Origin: an uncultured Acidimicrobiia bacterium
GTDB lineage: Bacteria; Acidobacteriota; Terriglobia; Versatilivoradales; Versatilivoraceae
DNA: 64,000 nucleotides
Assembly: GCA_963786955.1 (NCBI GenBank)
Contig: CAWBAT010000002.1
Location: forward strand, 64,001 to 128,000
Direction: 5' to 3'
In this document: piece after piece, positions 19,823 to 33,143 of the stretch
How positions within the stretch are numbered: position 1 is the first letter of the stretch
Layout of the letters: every line of letters starts with the position of its first letter
Translations under genes and position numbers: made by a program
The notes under the pieces: generated by a model
Told to the model about the DNA's origin: nothing
Seen by the model: only the letters and a program-made list of their open reading frames with translations
Databases searched by the model: none

Positions 19823-21193
19823 TCACCAATAAGCCCTTCGCTGGTACAGACCCCGAAATAAGGTAAAGACCAAGATCTTCACATCAAACCAGAGCCCCCA
19901 GTTCTTCAAGTAATACAGATCGTGCTCCACGCGCCTTTGGATGGATGTGTTCCCCCGCCATCCATTGATTTGAGCCCAGCCTGTCATACCGCATTGGATG
20001 TAATGTCGCTGCATGTAATGCGGCACTTCTTTCCTAAACATTTCGGTATAAAAGGGGCGCTCCGGGCGGGGACCCACCAGGCTCATTTGTCCCATGAAGA
20101 CATTCCATAATTGCGGGAGCTCATCCAGGTTAGTCCGACGCAGAAAACGTCCCAACGGAGTAAAGCGATCCGTATCTTGAGGCATCCACTCCGTGTCGCT
20201 GACCTTGTCCTCCACGTGAGTCATGGTTCTAAACTTCACCATCCAGAATCGTTTTCCCTTTAGGCCGACTCGCTGCTGGCGGAATAAAATGGGTCCTTGC
20301 GAGGAACAGCTGATGGCTAATGCGATGACGAGCATCAGGGGAGTGAGCAAAACAAAGAGGGAGAAAGAAGCAAGGAGGTCGAAAAGCCGCTTAAAAACGA
20401 AGTAGCCCAGCCTCTCCGTTGGGTAGGAATGAACGCTTACCAGCTTGATCCCCCCCATGTCATCGATAGGCCCGCGAGCGCCTAATGCCGGCGCCAAGCA
20501 TTCCATCACTTTGGCCTGCACGCCTTGTAACTCACAAGCTCTGATCAGGTCGACGAGTTTAAAAGAGCACTCAAGCGGCAATGCAATGATGACTTCATCC
20601 GGACAATCTCGTTCCAAGGATTCCATCAAATCATCCATCTCGCCCTTTCGGGGGTATGTGGTCTCGTCAGTTGAGCTAGGTCCAAAGACTCCGATCACCT
20701 GGTAGCCATAAAAAAGATGAGTTGAGATTGAATTGAGGATCTGGTCAACGAAAGGACTCAGGCCGACAAGGATTAACTTTTTCGTATTGATCCCTCGCTC
20801 GCGCAATCGGCGCAAAATTAAGCGCAACGTACTTCGAAAAATGGCAAGAGTAAGAAGGGCAAACGTGACAAACGGAATAAGGGATATCGGGTGGAGGGAA
20901 GACTCTCTGAGTACAAGATTCAAAATGGTTAGCAACGCAGAGACTAGAATCCAACTCTTGACAATAATTACCCTGTCTGAAAAACAAGATCCTGTCCGGC
21001 GCGAGTTGTAGAGCCCGAAGAAGGAGAGGGTCATGAGGCAGAAAGGGAAAAGCATTCCCAATCCTACCCAAAGAGCGAGCGGCGAATATTCCCGGGCACA
21101 CCACATCCTGACCGCCAAAAACGCAGCCGATAGGATCACGGCATCGAGTGCGGCGAGAAGGAAGTTTGTCATTCGCGTCCGTATTCTAAACAT
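19823..21193 (-). CDS. Undecaprenyl-phosphate glucose phosphotransferase (WcaJ-like priming glycosyltransferase)
   Basis: Four N-terminal TMs, a CoA-binding-like domain, and motifs [28 protein letters not shown] and GMTGWAQ. Confidence 0.93.
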   Translation of the reverse strand: MFRIRTRMTNFLLAALDAVILSAAFLAVRMWCAREYSPLALWVGLGMLFPFCLMTLSFFGLYNSRRTGSCFSDRVIIVKSWILVSALLTILNLVLRESSLHPISLIPFVTFALLTLAIFRSTLRLILRRLRERGINTKKLILVGLSPFVDQILNSISTHLFYGYQVIGVFGPSSTDETTYPRKGEMDDLMESLERDCPDEVIIALPLECSFKLVDLIRACELQGVQAKVMECLAPALGARGPIDDMGGIKLVSVHSYPTERLGYFVFKRLFDLLASFSLFVLLTPLMLVIALAISCSSQGPILFRQQRVGLKGKRFWMVKFRTMTHVEDKVSDTEWMPQDTDRFTPLGRFLRRTNLDELPQLWNVFMGQMSLVGPRPERPFYTEMFRKEVPHYMQRHYIQCGMTGWAQINGWRGNTSIQRRVEHDLYYLKNWGLWFDVKILVFTLFRGLYQRRAYW

Positions 21194-21386
21194 GAGGGTT
21201 GCTCTTCTAGACTATCGCATCTATTTTTAGCAGTTTTGGACGGTGATCGGAGCTCTTTTGCGCCGAGCGGTCGGAAATTAAACACGAATCCGACGATTTC
21301 GATCTCAATTGGAGGGCCAATCTTTGTGAGTGGAGTCGGCCGGATGCCTCGGTTTGAGGAAGCAATAGCTCGAATGTTTTGTAGCG

Positions 21387-22586
21387 TTACAAGGTGGGGC
21401 GGGCACTCTTGCGCAGAACCGATTCATAGACCGAATCGACTGCCTCAAGAGCTGCACCGCGGCGCAATCGAAAACCATCGTCGACCAGGATCTTCTCGAT
21501 TGCGTTCAAGAAAAGGGTCAACTTGTTGCGAGTCGAAGAATATCCCATCAGACCGACACGCCAGACCTTTCCTTTCAGAGGCCCGAGTCCACCACCAATT
21601 TCGATCCCAAACTCTTGCAGCAGCCGGGCGCGGACTCGCGGGTCCGAAATCCCTTCTGGAATCTTGATAGTATTGAGACTCCACAACCGTGCTTCTGGGC
21701 GGACGAGCATTTCAAGGCCCATGGCTTCAATACCCGCCACCAGGGCAAGGTGGCTTAATCGATGGCGCTCCCAGCGCTTTTCTAAGCCCTCTTCCTCGAC
21801 CAGGCGCAAGGCTTCACGTAATGCATAGTTCATCGAAATCGGCGCGGTATGGTGATACGTTCGGTCCTCCCCCCAGTACTTCTCGACCAGACTGAGGTCT
21901 AGATACCAGGACTGAACCTTTGACTTTCTCTTGCGCAGTTTGTCCACCGACCGTGCAGAAAACGTCACGGGAGCCAGGCCGGGAGGGCAGCTGAGGCATT
22001 TTTGTGTCCCACTATAAGCAACATCAACCTGATGTTTATCGATCCCGACGGGAATTCCGCCGAGCGAAGTCACACAGTCCACGAGCAAAAGAGTCTCGGG
22101 AAAATCTCTTAATATTTCCTGGATCATCGGAAGTGGAGTCAACACGCCTGTCGATGTTTCGGCATGAACCACGGCGAGAATCGCAGGATGATCCTTCCTG
22201 ATGCAGGCGCGAATTTGTTCAGGATCCAACGAACTCCCCCAAGGGGCGTCGACTCGAACGAGTTTTCCGCCACACCGCCCGACGATATCGGCCATTCGTT
22301 CGCCAAAAACTCCATTTACACAGACCAAGACGGTGTCTCCTGGCTCGACGAGATTCACGAATGCGGTTTCCATCCCGGCGCTGCCTGTGCCTGAAATGGG
22401 AATCGTCAATTTATTCTGGGTCTCAAAGAGGGTGCGAAGCGATGCTTGGATGTCATCCATGATCGAAAGGAATTCAGGATCCAGATGCCCCAGAAGAGGC
22501 GCCGCCATCGCCGCCAGCACGCGCGGGTCCGCATCACTGGGACCGGGCCCGAGAAGAATACGCTTCGACGGATGAAATTCTTTCAT
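21387..22586 (-). CDS. Alanine-glyoxylate/serine-pyruvate aminotransferase (PLP class V)
   Basis: [36 protein letters not shown] (PLP Lys) and YHHT. Confidence 0.93.
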   Translation of the reverse strand: MKEFHPSKRILLGPGPSDADPRVLAAMAAPLLGHLDPEFLSIMDDIQASLRTLFETQNKLTIPISGTGSAGMETAFVNLVEPGDTVLVCVNGVFGERMADIVGRCGGKLVRVDAPWGSSLDPEQIRACIRKDHPAILAVVHAETSTGVLTPLPMIQEILRDFPETLLLVDCVTSLGGIPVGIDKHQVDVAYSGTQKCLSCPPGLAPVTFSARSVDKLRKRKSKVQSWYLDLSLVEKYWGEDRTYHHTAPISMNYALREALRLVEEEGLEKRWERHRLSHLALVAGIEAMGLEMLVRPEARLWSLNTIKIPEGISDPRVRARLLQEFGIEIGGGLGPLKGKVWRVGLMGYSSTRNKLTLFLNAIEKILVDDGFRLRRGAALEAVDSVYESVLRKSARPTL

Positions 22587-22692
22587 TCAGTCTCCTTTGC
22601 CGTGCTCCAAGACCCTGACCCTGTCTTTCCATGGGAAAGCGGGAAGCTGACATCCAGCGAATCGTGAGGGCACGCCCTAATCGAATATGTGT

Positions 22693-23877
22693 TCAAAGAA
22701 TTCCCAGCCTCTTGGCAACTCGCTGCATGACGTCCAAAGCATATTGCAGTTGTTCCCGAGAGTGAGTGGCAGTGACAATGGTTCGAATCCTCGACTTGGA
22801 CTCCGGGACCGTCGGATACCCAATCCCTTGGGCAAACACCCCTTCCTTGAAAAGTTCGTCGGCAAAGCTCATTGCCAGTTCACCTTTTCCAATCATCACC
22901 GGATTGATGGGTGTTTCGCTGGAGCCGGTATTGAAGCCCAGCTTGTCCAGGCCATCTTTAAAGAACCGCGCATTTTTCCATAGCCTCTCGATCCAATGAG
23001 GCTCTTTTTCCAAAATGTCGAAGGCCGCTAGACAGGTGGCCGCGACTGCGGGGGGATGCGAAGTGGAAAAGAGGAAAGGCCGGGCACGGTGATAGAGATA
23101 CTCGATCAAATTTCGACTGCCGCATACATAGCCGCCCATAGCTCCGATCGCTTTGGAGAGAGTCCCTACCTGAATATCCACTTTCCCGTGCAGGCCGAAA
23201 TGGTCAATGGTCCCCCGGCCGCTCTTTCCCAATACGCCACTGGCATGGGCATCGTCAACCATCATGATGGCCCCATAGCGCGCCGCCAGTTCGACAATTT
23301 TCGGCAAAGGGGCAATGTCTCCATCCATGGAGAAAACGCCGTCCGTAATCACCAGCTTCTTTCCCGGCAAGGCCTGGGTCTCGGCAAGTATTTTCTCCAA
23401 GGCTTCCGTATCCTTATGGGGGAAGACACGAATGTCAGCCCGTGACAGACGACAGCCGTCGATGATACTGGCATGATTCAGCTCATCCGAGATAATGAGG
23501 TCCCCTTTTCCCAGTATCGCCGAAACTGTCCCGGCATTCGCGGTGAATCCAGACTGAAAAACGACGCAGGCCTCCACATTCTTAAATTGGGCAATTCGTT
23601 TTTCCAACTCGACATGGATCTTCATGGTTCCGGCTATACTCCGAACCGCGCCCGAACCTACTCCAAACCGTTCGGTGGCTTCGATGGCCGCTCGAACCAA
23701 CGCTGGATGCGTATTCAGCCCGAGGTAGTTATTGGAAGAAAGATTGACGACCATGCGGCCATCAAAACGAGCCTGGGGAAGTTGCTGGCCTTCCAGGATG
23801 CGCAGCGAGCGATACAATCCCTTTTCATGCAACTCATGGAGTTCGTGAGAGAGAAAGGTATCAAGCTGAATGGACAT
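22693..23877 (-). CDS. kbl: Glycine C-acetyltransferase (AONS/BioF-like family)
   Basis: SSNNYLGL, DELNHASIIDG, TDGVFSMDG, DDAH and GTLSKA (PLP Lys). Confidence 0.88.
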   Translation of the reverse strand: MSIQLDTFLSHELHELHEKGLYRSLRILEGQQLPQARFDGRMVVNLSSNNYLGLNTHPALVRAAIEATERFGVGSGAVRSIAGTMKIHVELEKRIAQFKNVEACVVFQSGFTANAGTVSAILGKGDLIISDELNHASIIDGCRLSRADIRVFPHKDTEALEKILAETQALPGKKLVITDGVFSMDGDIAPLPKIVELAARYGAIMMVDDAHASGVLGKSGRGTIDHFGLHGKVDIQVGTLSKAIGAMGGYVCGSRNLIEYLYHRARPFLFSTSHPPAVAATCLAAFDILEKEPHWIERLWKNARFFKDGLDKLGFNTGSSETPINPVMIGKGELAMSFADELFKEGVFAQGIGYPTVPESKSRIRTIVTATHSREQLQYALDVMQRVAKRLGIL

Positions 23878-23891
23878 AGAGGAGTCTTCCG

Positions 23892-24185
23892 TTAATGTGC
23901 CGTGAACTGGTGTTCTTCTGTGAAATTGAGGACTTCAATATGAGATCGAATGCGTACATTTCCTGGGCGATGGCTGACAACAATTTTCACCTGGGGGGAA
24001 TCCTCGCTCGGGCCCTTTTTTGCCTTGAGGGACTCAAGAACTTTCTCCGTAATTTGATTGGATTCGCTATCTGCAAATCCGCTTTTTGAAAGAGTGATCC
24101 GAAGAAAATCTTGAAATAGTTTTTCGAATCCGGGTGCGAGAGGCAATTCGAGAGTCAAATCTCCGTTAACCTTAAAATGATCCAT
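23892..24185 (-). CDS. Small hypothetical protein, possibly a degenerate anti-sigma/HATPase-like fold
   Basis: 97 aa ORF from the ATG at 24185, preceded by AAGGA and packed between co-oriented genes. The fold suggestion is weak. Confidence 0.6.
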   Translation of the reverse strand: MDHFKVNGDLTLELPLAPGFEKLFQDFLRITLSKSGFADSESNQITEKVLESLKAKKGPSEDSPQVKIVVSHRPGNVRIRSHIEVLNFTEEHQFTAH

Positions 24186-24204
24186 CAGCCAGTCCTTTAG
24201 CAGA

Positions 24205-24573
24205 TCACAAAAAGTGGGGATAGTGTACGATCCGTGCGGTAATCCATCCCATGAATACCCCCACCGGAAATAGGGCAACCAGACTGATCGCCAGCGCAAG
24301 CGGCAGACTTCTCCCGGTGCGCAGGACGAAGCTCCCTATAAAGAAAGCTCCGGCAAAAAATCCGGCCAGCGGGGCGATCATACCCAAAGTCCCGTGGGAA
24401 CACCAGGGGCAGTGCAGGGAAGCCGCCTGGTGAATATTGCAAAGTTGGCCGGCAGTAGTCCAGAGCCATGAGCAGCCGCAGGCAAATATCCAGCCACAAA
24501 AAGGAGCCATGATGACTGAGGATCCGACCAACACGACCATCGCCAGGATGATCTTTTCAGGCTGAATATGCAT
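24205..24573 (-). CDS. Cys-rich small membrane protein (hypothetical)
   Basis: Three hydrophobic segments, a loop CGWIFACGCSWLW...CNIH...CPWC, and a GGAG RBS. Confidence 0.7.
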   Translation of the reverse strand: MHIQPEKIILAMVVLVGSSVIMAPFCGWIFACGCSWLWTTAGQLCNIHQAASLHCPWCSHGTLGMIAPLAGFFAGAFFIGSFVLRTGRSLPLALAISLVALFPVGVFMGWITARIVHYPHFL

Positions 24574-24601
24574 GCGGCCGAATCTCCTGGAGGCAGTATA
24601 G

Positions 24602-24640
24602 AAAAAAAGGGCGACGCCTTCAACTGGCGTCGCCCTTTTT
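24602..24640 (-). terminator. Rho-independent terminator downstream of groEL (probably bidirectional)
   Basis: AAAAAAAGGGCGACGCC-ttcaact-GGCGTCGCCCTTTTT: perfect GC stem with A/T tracts on both sides. Confidence 0.9.
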
Positions 24641-24731
24641 AATGCATGTCTATAATCGATTCTTTTGATTTAAACCTCAGCAGGCCGAAGAACCCATGCT
24701 CTCTGGCGCCTCCGAGGTTCTTAAGTTTGGA

Positions 24732-26354
<1,623 letters not shown>

Positions 26355-26405
26355 TTATCCTCCCGAAAAAGAATAGATGAATTAAAATCCCAATGAAGTC
26401 CTTCT

Positions 26406-26711
26406 TTACCTTTTGCCCGCTGCTGTTTCTGTGATGGCTAATATTTCGTCTTCGCGCATGATCAAATACTCGTCACCATCGATCTTGACTTCAGAACCTG
26501 AATACTTCGCAAATAGGATATGATCTCCTGGCTTGACGGTCGTATCCAGGCGGGTGCCATTTTCCAGGATCTTGCCATTCCCAATCGCCACGACGGCACC
26601 TTCTTGAGGCTTTTCTTTTGCGGTGTCGGGAATAATGATCCCACCCTTGGCCAGATCCTGTGAATCTAGTCTTTTTACGAGGACCCGGTCGCGCAATGGC
26701 CTGAATTTCAT
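26406..26711 (-). CDS. groS: Co-chaperonin GroES
   Basis: [25 protein letters not shown] and KYSGSEV. AAGGAG RBS. Confidence 0.98.
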   Translation of the reverse strand: MKFRPLRDRVLVKRLDSQDLAKGGIIIPDTAKEKPQEGAVVAIGNGKILENGTRLDTTVKPGDHILFAKYSGSEVKIDGDEYLIMREDEILAITETAAGKR

Positions 26712-26745
26712 CTTTTTGCTCCTTTTAAACAGAAAATGAGGTTGG

Positions 26746-26772
26746 TTAGCACTCAATCGCTTCGAGTGCTAG
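26746..26772. promoter_or_regulatory. CIRCE element (HrcA operator)
   Basis: TTAGCACTC-aatcgcttc-GAGTGCTAG, one mismatch to TTAGCACTC-N9-GAGTGCTAA, directly upstream of groES. Confidence 0.95.
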
Positions 26773-26779
26773 CAGGAAG

Positions 26780-26808
26780 TTTATAGTCAAATCAATTTTT
26801 CTTGTCAA
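26780..26808 (-). promoter_or_regulatory. Sigma70-type promoter of groESL
   Basis: Minus strand TTGACA-17 nt-TATAAA immediately upstream of CIRCE. Confidence 0.8.
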
Positions 26809-27217
26809 GCGGAAACAAACCTAGAGGCATCCAATGAAGGAACGAACAAACAGCTTTTCCTAAAATATTCGATCTGGCCACAAAAATTTTGTAAATTGAG
26901 TATTAGACAAGGTTGAAAATGACAGGCCCTTATTTTCCGAAGCGAAACTCTGCAATTAGACCTTGAAATTATGAAGGCACTTGAAAGAGGACACCGGGAT
27001 GATTAGAGTTAAGCAATGATCAATTAAGCTGTATATTTAAGGCACTAACAGATTGAACCATTGAAGAGAAATATGAAAAATAAATGCTAATATTCTAAAA
27101 TTCACGTAAACAGCTTTTGAGCAAGGGGGAATAGACTAATCTGGCTAAGCTGAAGAAAGGGGATCGAATCTCAGGAGCTCTGGCCAATGAATGGGATTTA
27201 AGGGATCTTAGTTTATT

Positions 27218-27245
27218 AGTTTACATAATATACCTTATCAGACGT
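27218..27245 (-). other. dif-like XerC/XerD recombination site
   Basis: Minus strand ACGTCTGATAA-GGTATA-TTATGTAAACT has the 11-6-11 layout of E. coli dif (GGTGCGCATAA-TGTATA-TTATGTTAAAT). It lies in an AT-rich intergenic region. Confidence 0.75.
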
Positions 27246-27389
27246 TTGATAATGATCAGTTGATGGACGACATTTAATGCAATGGTTCCCTCCGTTCCGT
27301 ATCCTCGTGCATTATATTGAACTCTTACCCCTTATAGTTCATACAGATCTAGTCACTCTGTTGTAAGATGATTTCCAGAATTCAATTGG

Positions 27390-29750
27390 GTGGCCCTCAT
27401 GAAGATTCTCTATCGTTACATTTTCACTGAAATGGTTGCGCCGTTTGTCCTCGGCCTGGTGGCTTTCAGTTTTGTCATCATTCCCCGGCTGCCCGGTAAA
27501 CCGTTAGAGCTGCTCGTACAGAAGAACGTCTCTGCCAAAGAAGTCCTGTTGGTATTTGCCTACGTCCTGCCGACCATTTTTACCTTCTCAATCCCGATGG
27601 CGACCCTTTTGGGCGTTCTGATTTGCTTCGGGAGATTGTCGGCCGACAGTGAGATCACGGCCATGCGGTCTTGTGGTGTGAGTATTGGTAATTTGCTCAA
27701 TCCGGTTTTCGCCTTTGCTCTGATCATCTGGGCTCTGGCGTCATTCAATGCCATCAAGCTTCAGCCTTATGCAAATTATCAATTGCATATTCTTAGGAAT
27801 GAAATTGCATTGAAATCGATTTCGAGCGCAGTCAAAACGGGCGTGTTCGAAGAAGGATTCAGCAACCTGGTACTTTATATCCATGATGCAACGCCAGATA
27901 AGAGTATCTGGAAAGGAGTATTCCTGGCGGACATCTCCCAGAAAGACCAGCCGAAGATTACCCTTGCCAAGACGGGAGCCCTTTACAACGATGTTGAAGC
28001 GAAGAAGCTTCAGCTCCATTTAACCGGCGGCGCGACGCACACGGTTACCGACAAAGCTTTGGGAACCTACCAAGTGGCGACTTTCGCCCAAACGGATATT
28101 CCCATTGCCGCCCTAACGATGCCGGTGGAAGACACGTCCAACAGGAAGATTAACGAACTCAGCTTCAGCGCACTATGGCAACGCCTTACCGACCCGGCAA
28201 CAAAAGTCGCCGAATCTCGAAAAGATTTCCGGGAAGTCATTGTTGAATTCAATAGGAAGCTGGCGCTGCCATTCTGTGTAGTTATTTTTGCGGTTCTTGG
28301 TGTGCCCTTGGGCATCGTGAGCCGTCGCGGGGGCAAATCCAACGGGTTCGTCATCAGTCTCATCATTTTTCTCGTCTACTTTCTGCTTTATTCCGTCGGG
28401 GAGAGTTTTGCCAAGAGTGGCCGGGTGGCCCCTTATGTGGGGCCGTGGATTGCCGACATGACGTTTTTGATTCTGGCGATTTACCTCGTGATGACGACGG
28501 AGCGTGACAACCGCTGGACTCGAATGTTGAGTTATTTCGGAACGGCGGTTTCTTCTCTTTCGCTGAGATTTCAATTCACCGATGAAGCGGACGCGAAGCC
28601 GACCAAGGTGCTTTCTAACCTTAAGTCTCGAAAGGGCCGGATGAATTGGCTGCACCCGATGATTCTCGACAAATATATTATCAAAGGGTTTCTGAAATAT
28701 TTCTTACTGGTTTTGGGCGCTTTCGTGGTGATCTTTGTTGTATTCACGTTTTTTGAATTGCTCAACGACATCGTCGAGAACCAGGTCCCATTTATCATCG
28801 TCGTGAATTACTTCCGCTACCTATTACCTCAAATCATCTATTTCATGTTTCCCATGAGTGTCCTGGTCGCTGTGCTGGTCAACTTTAATATACTGACCCG
28901 GACATCTCAAATTGTCGCGATGAAAGCTTCCGGTATCAGCCTCTACCGATTATCTTTCTCGGTCATGTCGGTCACAATTCTGATGAGCATCTTTGCGTTC
29001 TGGATGCAGGAATACATATTGCCTTCCGCAAACCAAAAGCAAGATGCTCTCAGAGACCGTATCAAAGGGCGCAATCCGCAGACCTATCTTCGACCGGACC
29101 GAAAATGGCTGATGGGCGAACACAACAAGATCTTTAATTACAACTTTTTTGACGAATACCAGAATTTATTCGGGGATATTTCAATTTTTGAGTTCGATCC
29201 GGGCAGTTTGGAAATTACGCGCCGAATCTATGCAAGCCGGGCCAGTTGGGATGAAATGAAAAGCACTTGGATCTTTGAAGATGGATGGGTTCAAGGATTT
29301 TCGGAGCAACGCGCCTCCCCGCCTTTGTTCGCAAGTTTTAAGCGAAGCCAGTTCCCCGAGATTGCCGAAGATCCGCGATTCTTCAAGAAAGAAGTGAAAC
29401 AGTCTTCTCAAATGAGTTACCAGGAACTTCGCGACTACATTCAGGATCTAAAGAAGAGCGGATTCGACGTCATCCGCCTGACGGTCGCCCTTCACAAAAA
29501 AATCTCATTTCCCCTGATCTGCCTGATCATGGGGATGATCGCCATCCCCTTTTCCTTCTCAACCGGAAAGCGGGGGTCCCTCTACGGGATTGGGGTCAGT
29601 ATTTTGATCGGGATTGTCTTCTGGTTGACTCTGGAGTTTTTTGAACAAGTGGGCAACGCTGGTAAACTGGTTCCGTTTCTTGCGGCTTGGGCACCGGATT
29701 TAATTTTCGGAGCGGGCGGGATATACGCCCTGTTTACAATCAGGACATAA
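27390..29750 (+). CDS. Fused LptF-LptG lipopolysaccharide export permease
   Basis: Two tandem LptF/G repeats (RLSADSEITAMRSCGVS; TRTSQIVAMKASGIS), each with TMs and a periplasmic domain. Ends in AAWAPDLIF. Confidence 0.92.
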   Translation: MALMKILYRYIFTEMVAPFVLGLVAFSFVIIPRLPGKPLELLVQKNVSAKEVLLVFAYVLPTIFTFSIPMATLLGVLICFGRLSADSEITAMRSCGVSIGNLLNPVFAFALIIWALASFNAIKLQPYANYQLHILRNEIALKSISSAVKTGVFEEGFSNLVLYIHDATPDKSIWKGVFLADISQKDQPKITLAKTGALYNDVEAKKLQLHLTGGATHTVTDKALGTYQVATFAQTDIPIAALTMPVEDTSNRKINELSFSALWQRLTDPATKVAESRKDFREVIVEFNRKLALPFCVVIFAVLGVPLGIVSRRGGKSNGFVISLIIFLVYFLLYSVGESFAKSGRVAPYVGPWIADMTFLILAIYLVMTTERDNRWTRMLSYFGTAVSSLSLRFQFTDEADAKPTKVLSNLKSRKGRMNWLHPMILDKYIIKGFLKYFLLVLGAFVVIFVVFTFFELLNDIVENQVPFIIVVNYFRYLLPQIIYFMFPMSVLVAVLVNFNILTRTSQIVAMKASGISLYRLSFSVMSVTILMSIFAFWMQEYILPSANQKQDALRDRIKGRNPQTYLRPDRKWLMGEHNKIFNYNFFDEYQNLFGDISIFEFDPGSLEITRRIYASRASWDEMKSTWIFEDGWVQGFSEQRASPPLFASFKRSQFPEIAEDPRFFKKEVKQSSQMSYQELRDYIQDLKKSGFDVIRLTVALHKKISFPLICLIMGMIAIPFSFSTGKRGSLYGIGVSILIGIVFWLTLEFFEQVGNAGKLVPFLAAWAPDLIFGAGGIYALFTIRT

Positions 29751-29759
29751 TTTCGATTC

Positions 29760-31067
<1,308 letters not shown>

Positions 31068-31241
31068 TTAACGTCAGACCTTAACATGGAAAAGGTCTCC
31101 TGTAAAGAATGGTCACAAGCACTAGGTTTCCAGACCTTCCACTGACGGAAAAGCGATTTGTTGGACAGTCTTTTGCAAAATCACTATAGTGACGATGTTC
31201 CCCATCTGAGTTTCGTTTTCTTCTTCACGAAAGGAATCCCT

Positions 31242-32258
31242 ATGCGAAAATCGTTTGATCAACCCAAAGAGATGTCCTCTCCACGCCGACATTTCTTGAA
31301 AAGCTCCTTGCTCGGCGGGTTTGGACTGGCTGCTTCGACCCAATTGCCAGGGCTCTTCAATCCCACTTTGGTTTGGGGAACACCTGACGGCGCAAGATCA
31401 ACCCCATCTTCGGAAACGCTGGTAGCTACTTTCTATAAAAGTCTGACCGATCAGCAGAAGCAGGCTATTGCCTTTGAATTTAACCACCCGCTCCAATCAA
31501 AGGTTGATAACAACTGGCATATCACGCCTCAAAAGATCGGAGAATTCTACACAGCGGATCAGCGAGCCATGATCCGGGAAATATTCATCGGCATGCATAA
31601 TCCGGAGTATGTCGAAAAGGTTCTGGCGCATATGCAAGAAGATGGCGGTGGACTGGACAATTATTCCGTTGCGGTTTTTGGAGAGCCCGGTAGTGGGGCC
31701 TTTGAATTCGTATTGACGGGCCGGCATTGTACGATGCGTTGTGACGGCGATTCGGTGAAAGGGACTGCATTCGGCGGACCCATCTTCTATGGCCATGCTT
31801 CACAAGATTTCAATGAAAAGGCCGACCATCCCGGGAATGTATACTGGTATCAAGCCAAACGGGCCAACCAAGTCTTTCAGGCTTTAGATGGGAAACAACG
31901 GGCCGCGGCGCTTCTTGCCGATCCGCGGGAGGAAAAAGGAACCACCACGGTCGAATTAAATTTACAAAAAGGGACAATTCCCGGACTTCCGGTTTCAGAG
32001 ATGAGCCGGGACCAGAAAGAACTCGTCCGGAAGGTGCTGGCTGACCTACTATTACCCTTCCGAGAAAAGGATGCTAGCGAAGCCATGGCGGACATCGAGA
32101 AGAATGGTGGCATTGACCACCTCACGATGTCTTTCTATAAGAATATGGATATCGGCAGCGATGGAATCTGGGATGTCTGGCAGTTAGAGAGCCCCTCGAT
32201 GATCTGGTATTTCAGAGGCGCTCCCCATGTGCATGTATGGGTCAACGTTCAAGCCTGA
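31242..32258 (+). CDS. DUF3500-like protein, Tat-exported
   Basis: Tat motif PRRHFLK. Motifs YSVAVFGEPG, GRH, GPIFYG and the C-terminal PHVH. Confidence 0.75.
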   Translation: MRKSFDQPKEMSSPRRHFLKSSLLGGFGLAASTQLPGLFNPTLVWGTPDGARSTPSSETLVATFYKSLTDQQKQAIAFEFNHPLQSKVDNNWHITPQKIGEFYTADQRAMIREIFIGMHNPEYVEKVLAHMQEDGGGLDNYSVAVFGEPGSGAFEFVLTGRHCTMRCDGDSVKGTAFGGPIFYGHASQDFNEKADHPGNVYWYQAKRANQVFQALDGKQRAAALLADPREEKGTTTVELNLQKGTIPGLPVSEMSRDQKELVRKVLADLLLPFREKDASEAMADIEKNGGIDHLTMSFYKNMDIGSDGIWDVWQLESPSMIWYFRGAPHVHVWVNVQA

Positions 32259-32285
32259 TTCGTGGGGACCATTGACACCAAAGAG

Positions 32286-32410
32286 AAATAGCCCCCCGAT
32301 TGATCGCTGGCTGGCAGTGCGATTGATTTTCCGGGGAGCGAGTGAAAATAGCCCAGCGATTTATGGCTGGGTGAGAATACATTTTATGTTAGGCCCGTCC
32401 CATAGGGACG
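32286..32410. repeat. REP-like palindromes upstream of the Y1 transposase
   Basis: AAATAGCCCCCCGATTGATCGCTGG (32286), AAAATAGCCCAGCGATTTATGGCTGGGT (32345) and CGTCCCATAGGGACG (32396). Confidence 0.75.
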
Positions 32411-32433
32411 GCTGAGACACCGCGAACACCAGA

Positions 32434-32886
32434 ATGTCACACACCTATACCAGTACTTTGATCCATTGCGTGTTCAGCACCAAAGAGAGACATAAAACAA
32501 TAACTCCGGAAATAAAAGAACGCCTCTGGGCCTACATGGGCGGTGTTGCGCGCGAAAATAAAATTAAGGCACTGGCAATCGGCGGCATCGACGATCATGT
32601 GCATCTGCTTCTGTCTCTTCCGGCAACGATGTCCGTTTCGAAAGCTATTCAACTGATAAAAGGCGGCTCATCAAAATGGGTTCACGAGACATTTGTGGAT
32701 CGCAAGAGATTTGCATGGCAAGAAGGATACGGTGCCTTTAGTATCGGTATCTCACAAGTTGATGAAACAATCAGTTACATCCAATCTCAGCCTGTACACC
32801 ATGGAAAGCGAAGCTCTCAGGACGAATACCGACAATTCTTGGAAAAACACGGAATCGAATACGATGAACGCTACGTTTGGGGCTGA
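32434..32886 (+). mobile_element. tnpA: IS200/IS605-family Y1 transposase (probably REP-associated)
   Basis: HCVFSTKER, HUH motif DHVHLL, KGGSSKW, FAWQEGYGAFS and the catalytic Tyr in YIQSQ. No tnpB nearby. Flanked by inverted palindromes. Confidence 0.92.
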
Positions 32887-32892
32887 ATCATG

Positions 32893-33021
32893 CGTGCCTA
32901 CGGCACTGGGCAACTTGCGCTCATCCTGACCCAGCGATAAATCGCTGGGCTATTTTCGCTGGCTCCTTCGGAGCCACGTGGAGTTTGGACAATTTGGAGT
33001 GCGGTAGCCTGCTACCGCTTT
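32893..33021. repeat. REP-like palindromes downstream of the Y1 transposase
   Basis: CGTGCCTACGGCAC, ACCCAGCGATAAATCGCTGGGCTATTTT (inverted copy of 32345), GGCTCCTTCGGAGCC and TTGGAGTGCGGTAGCCTGCTACCGCTTT. Confidence 0.75.
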
Positions 33022-33143
33022 CTGGATCATAGTCGACCCATCGAAGCGCCAGCTTGCTGCCACATATCGTCAATACCAAGTGTGATCGAGGTTCCGACCC
33101 TAGGTCTACTTGACAGGGAAATCGTCCCTTTGGAGAACATTGC

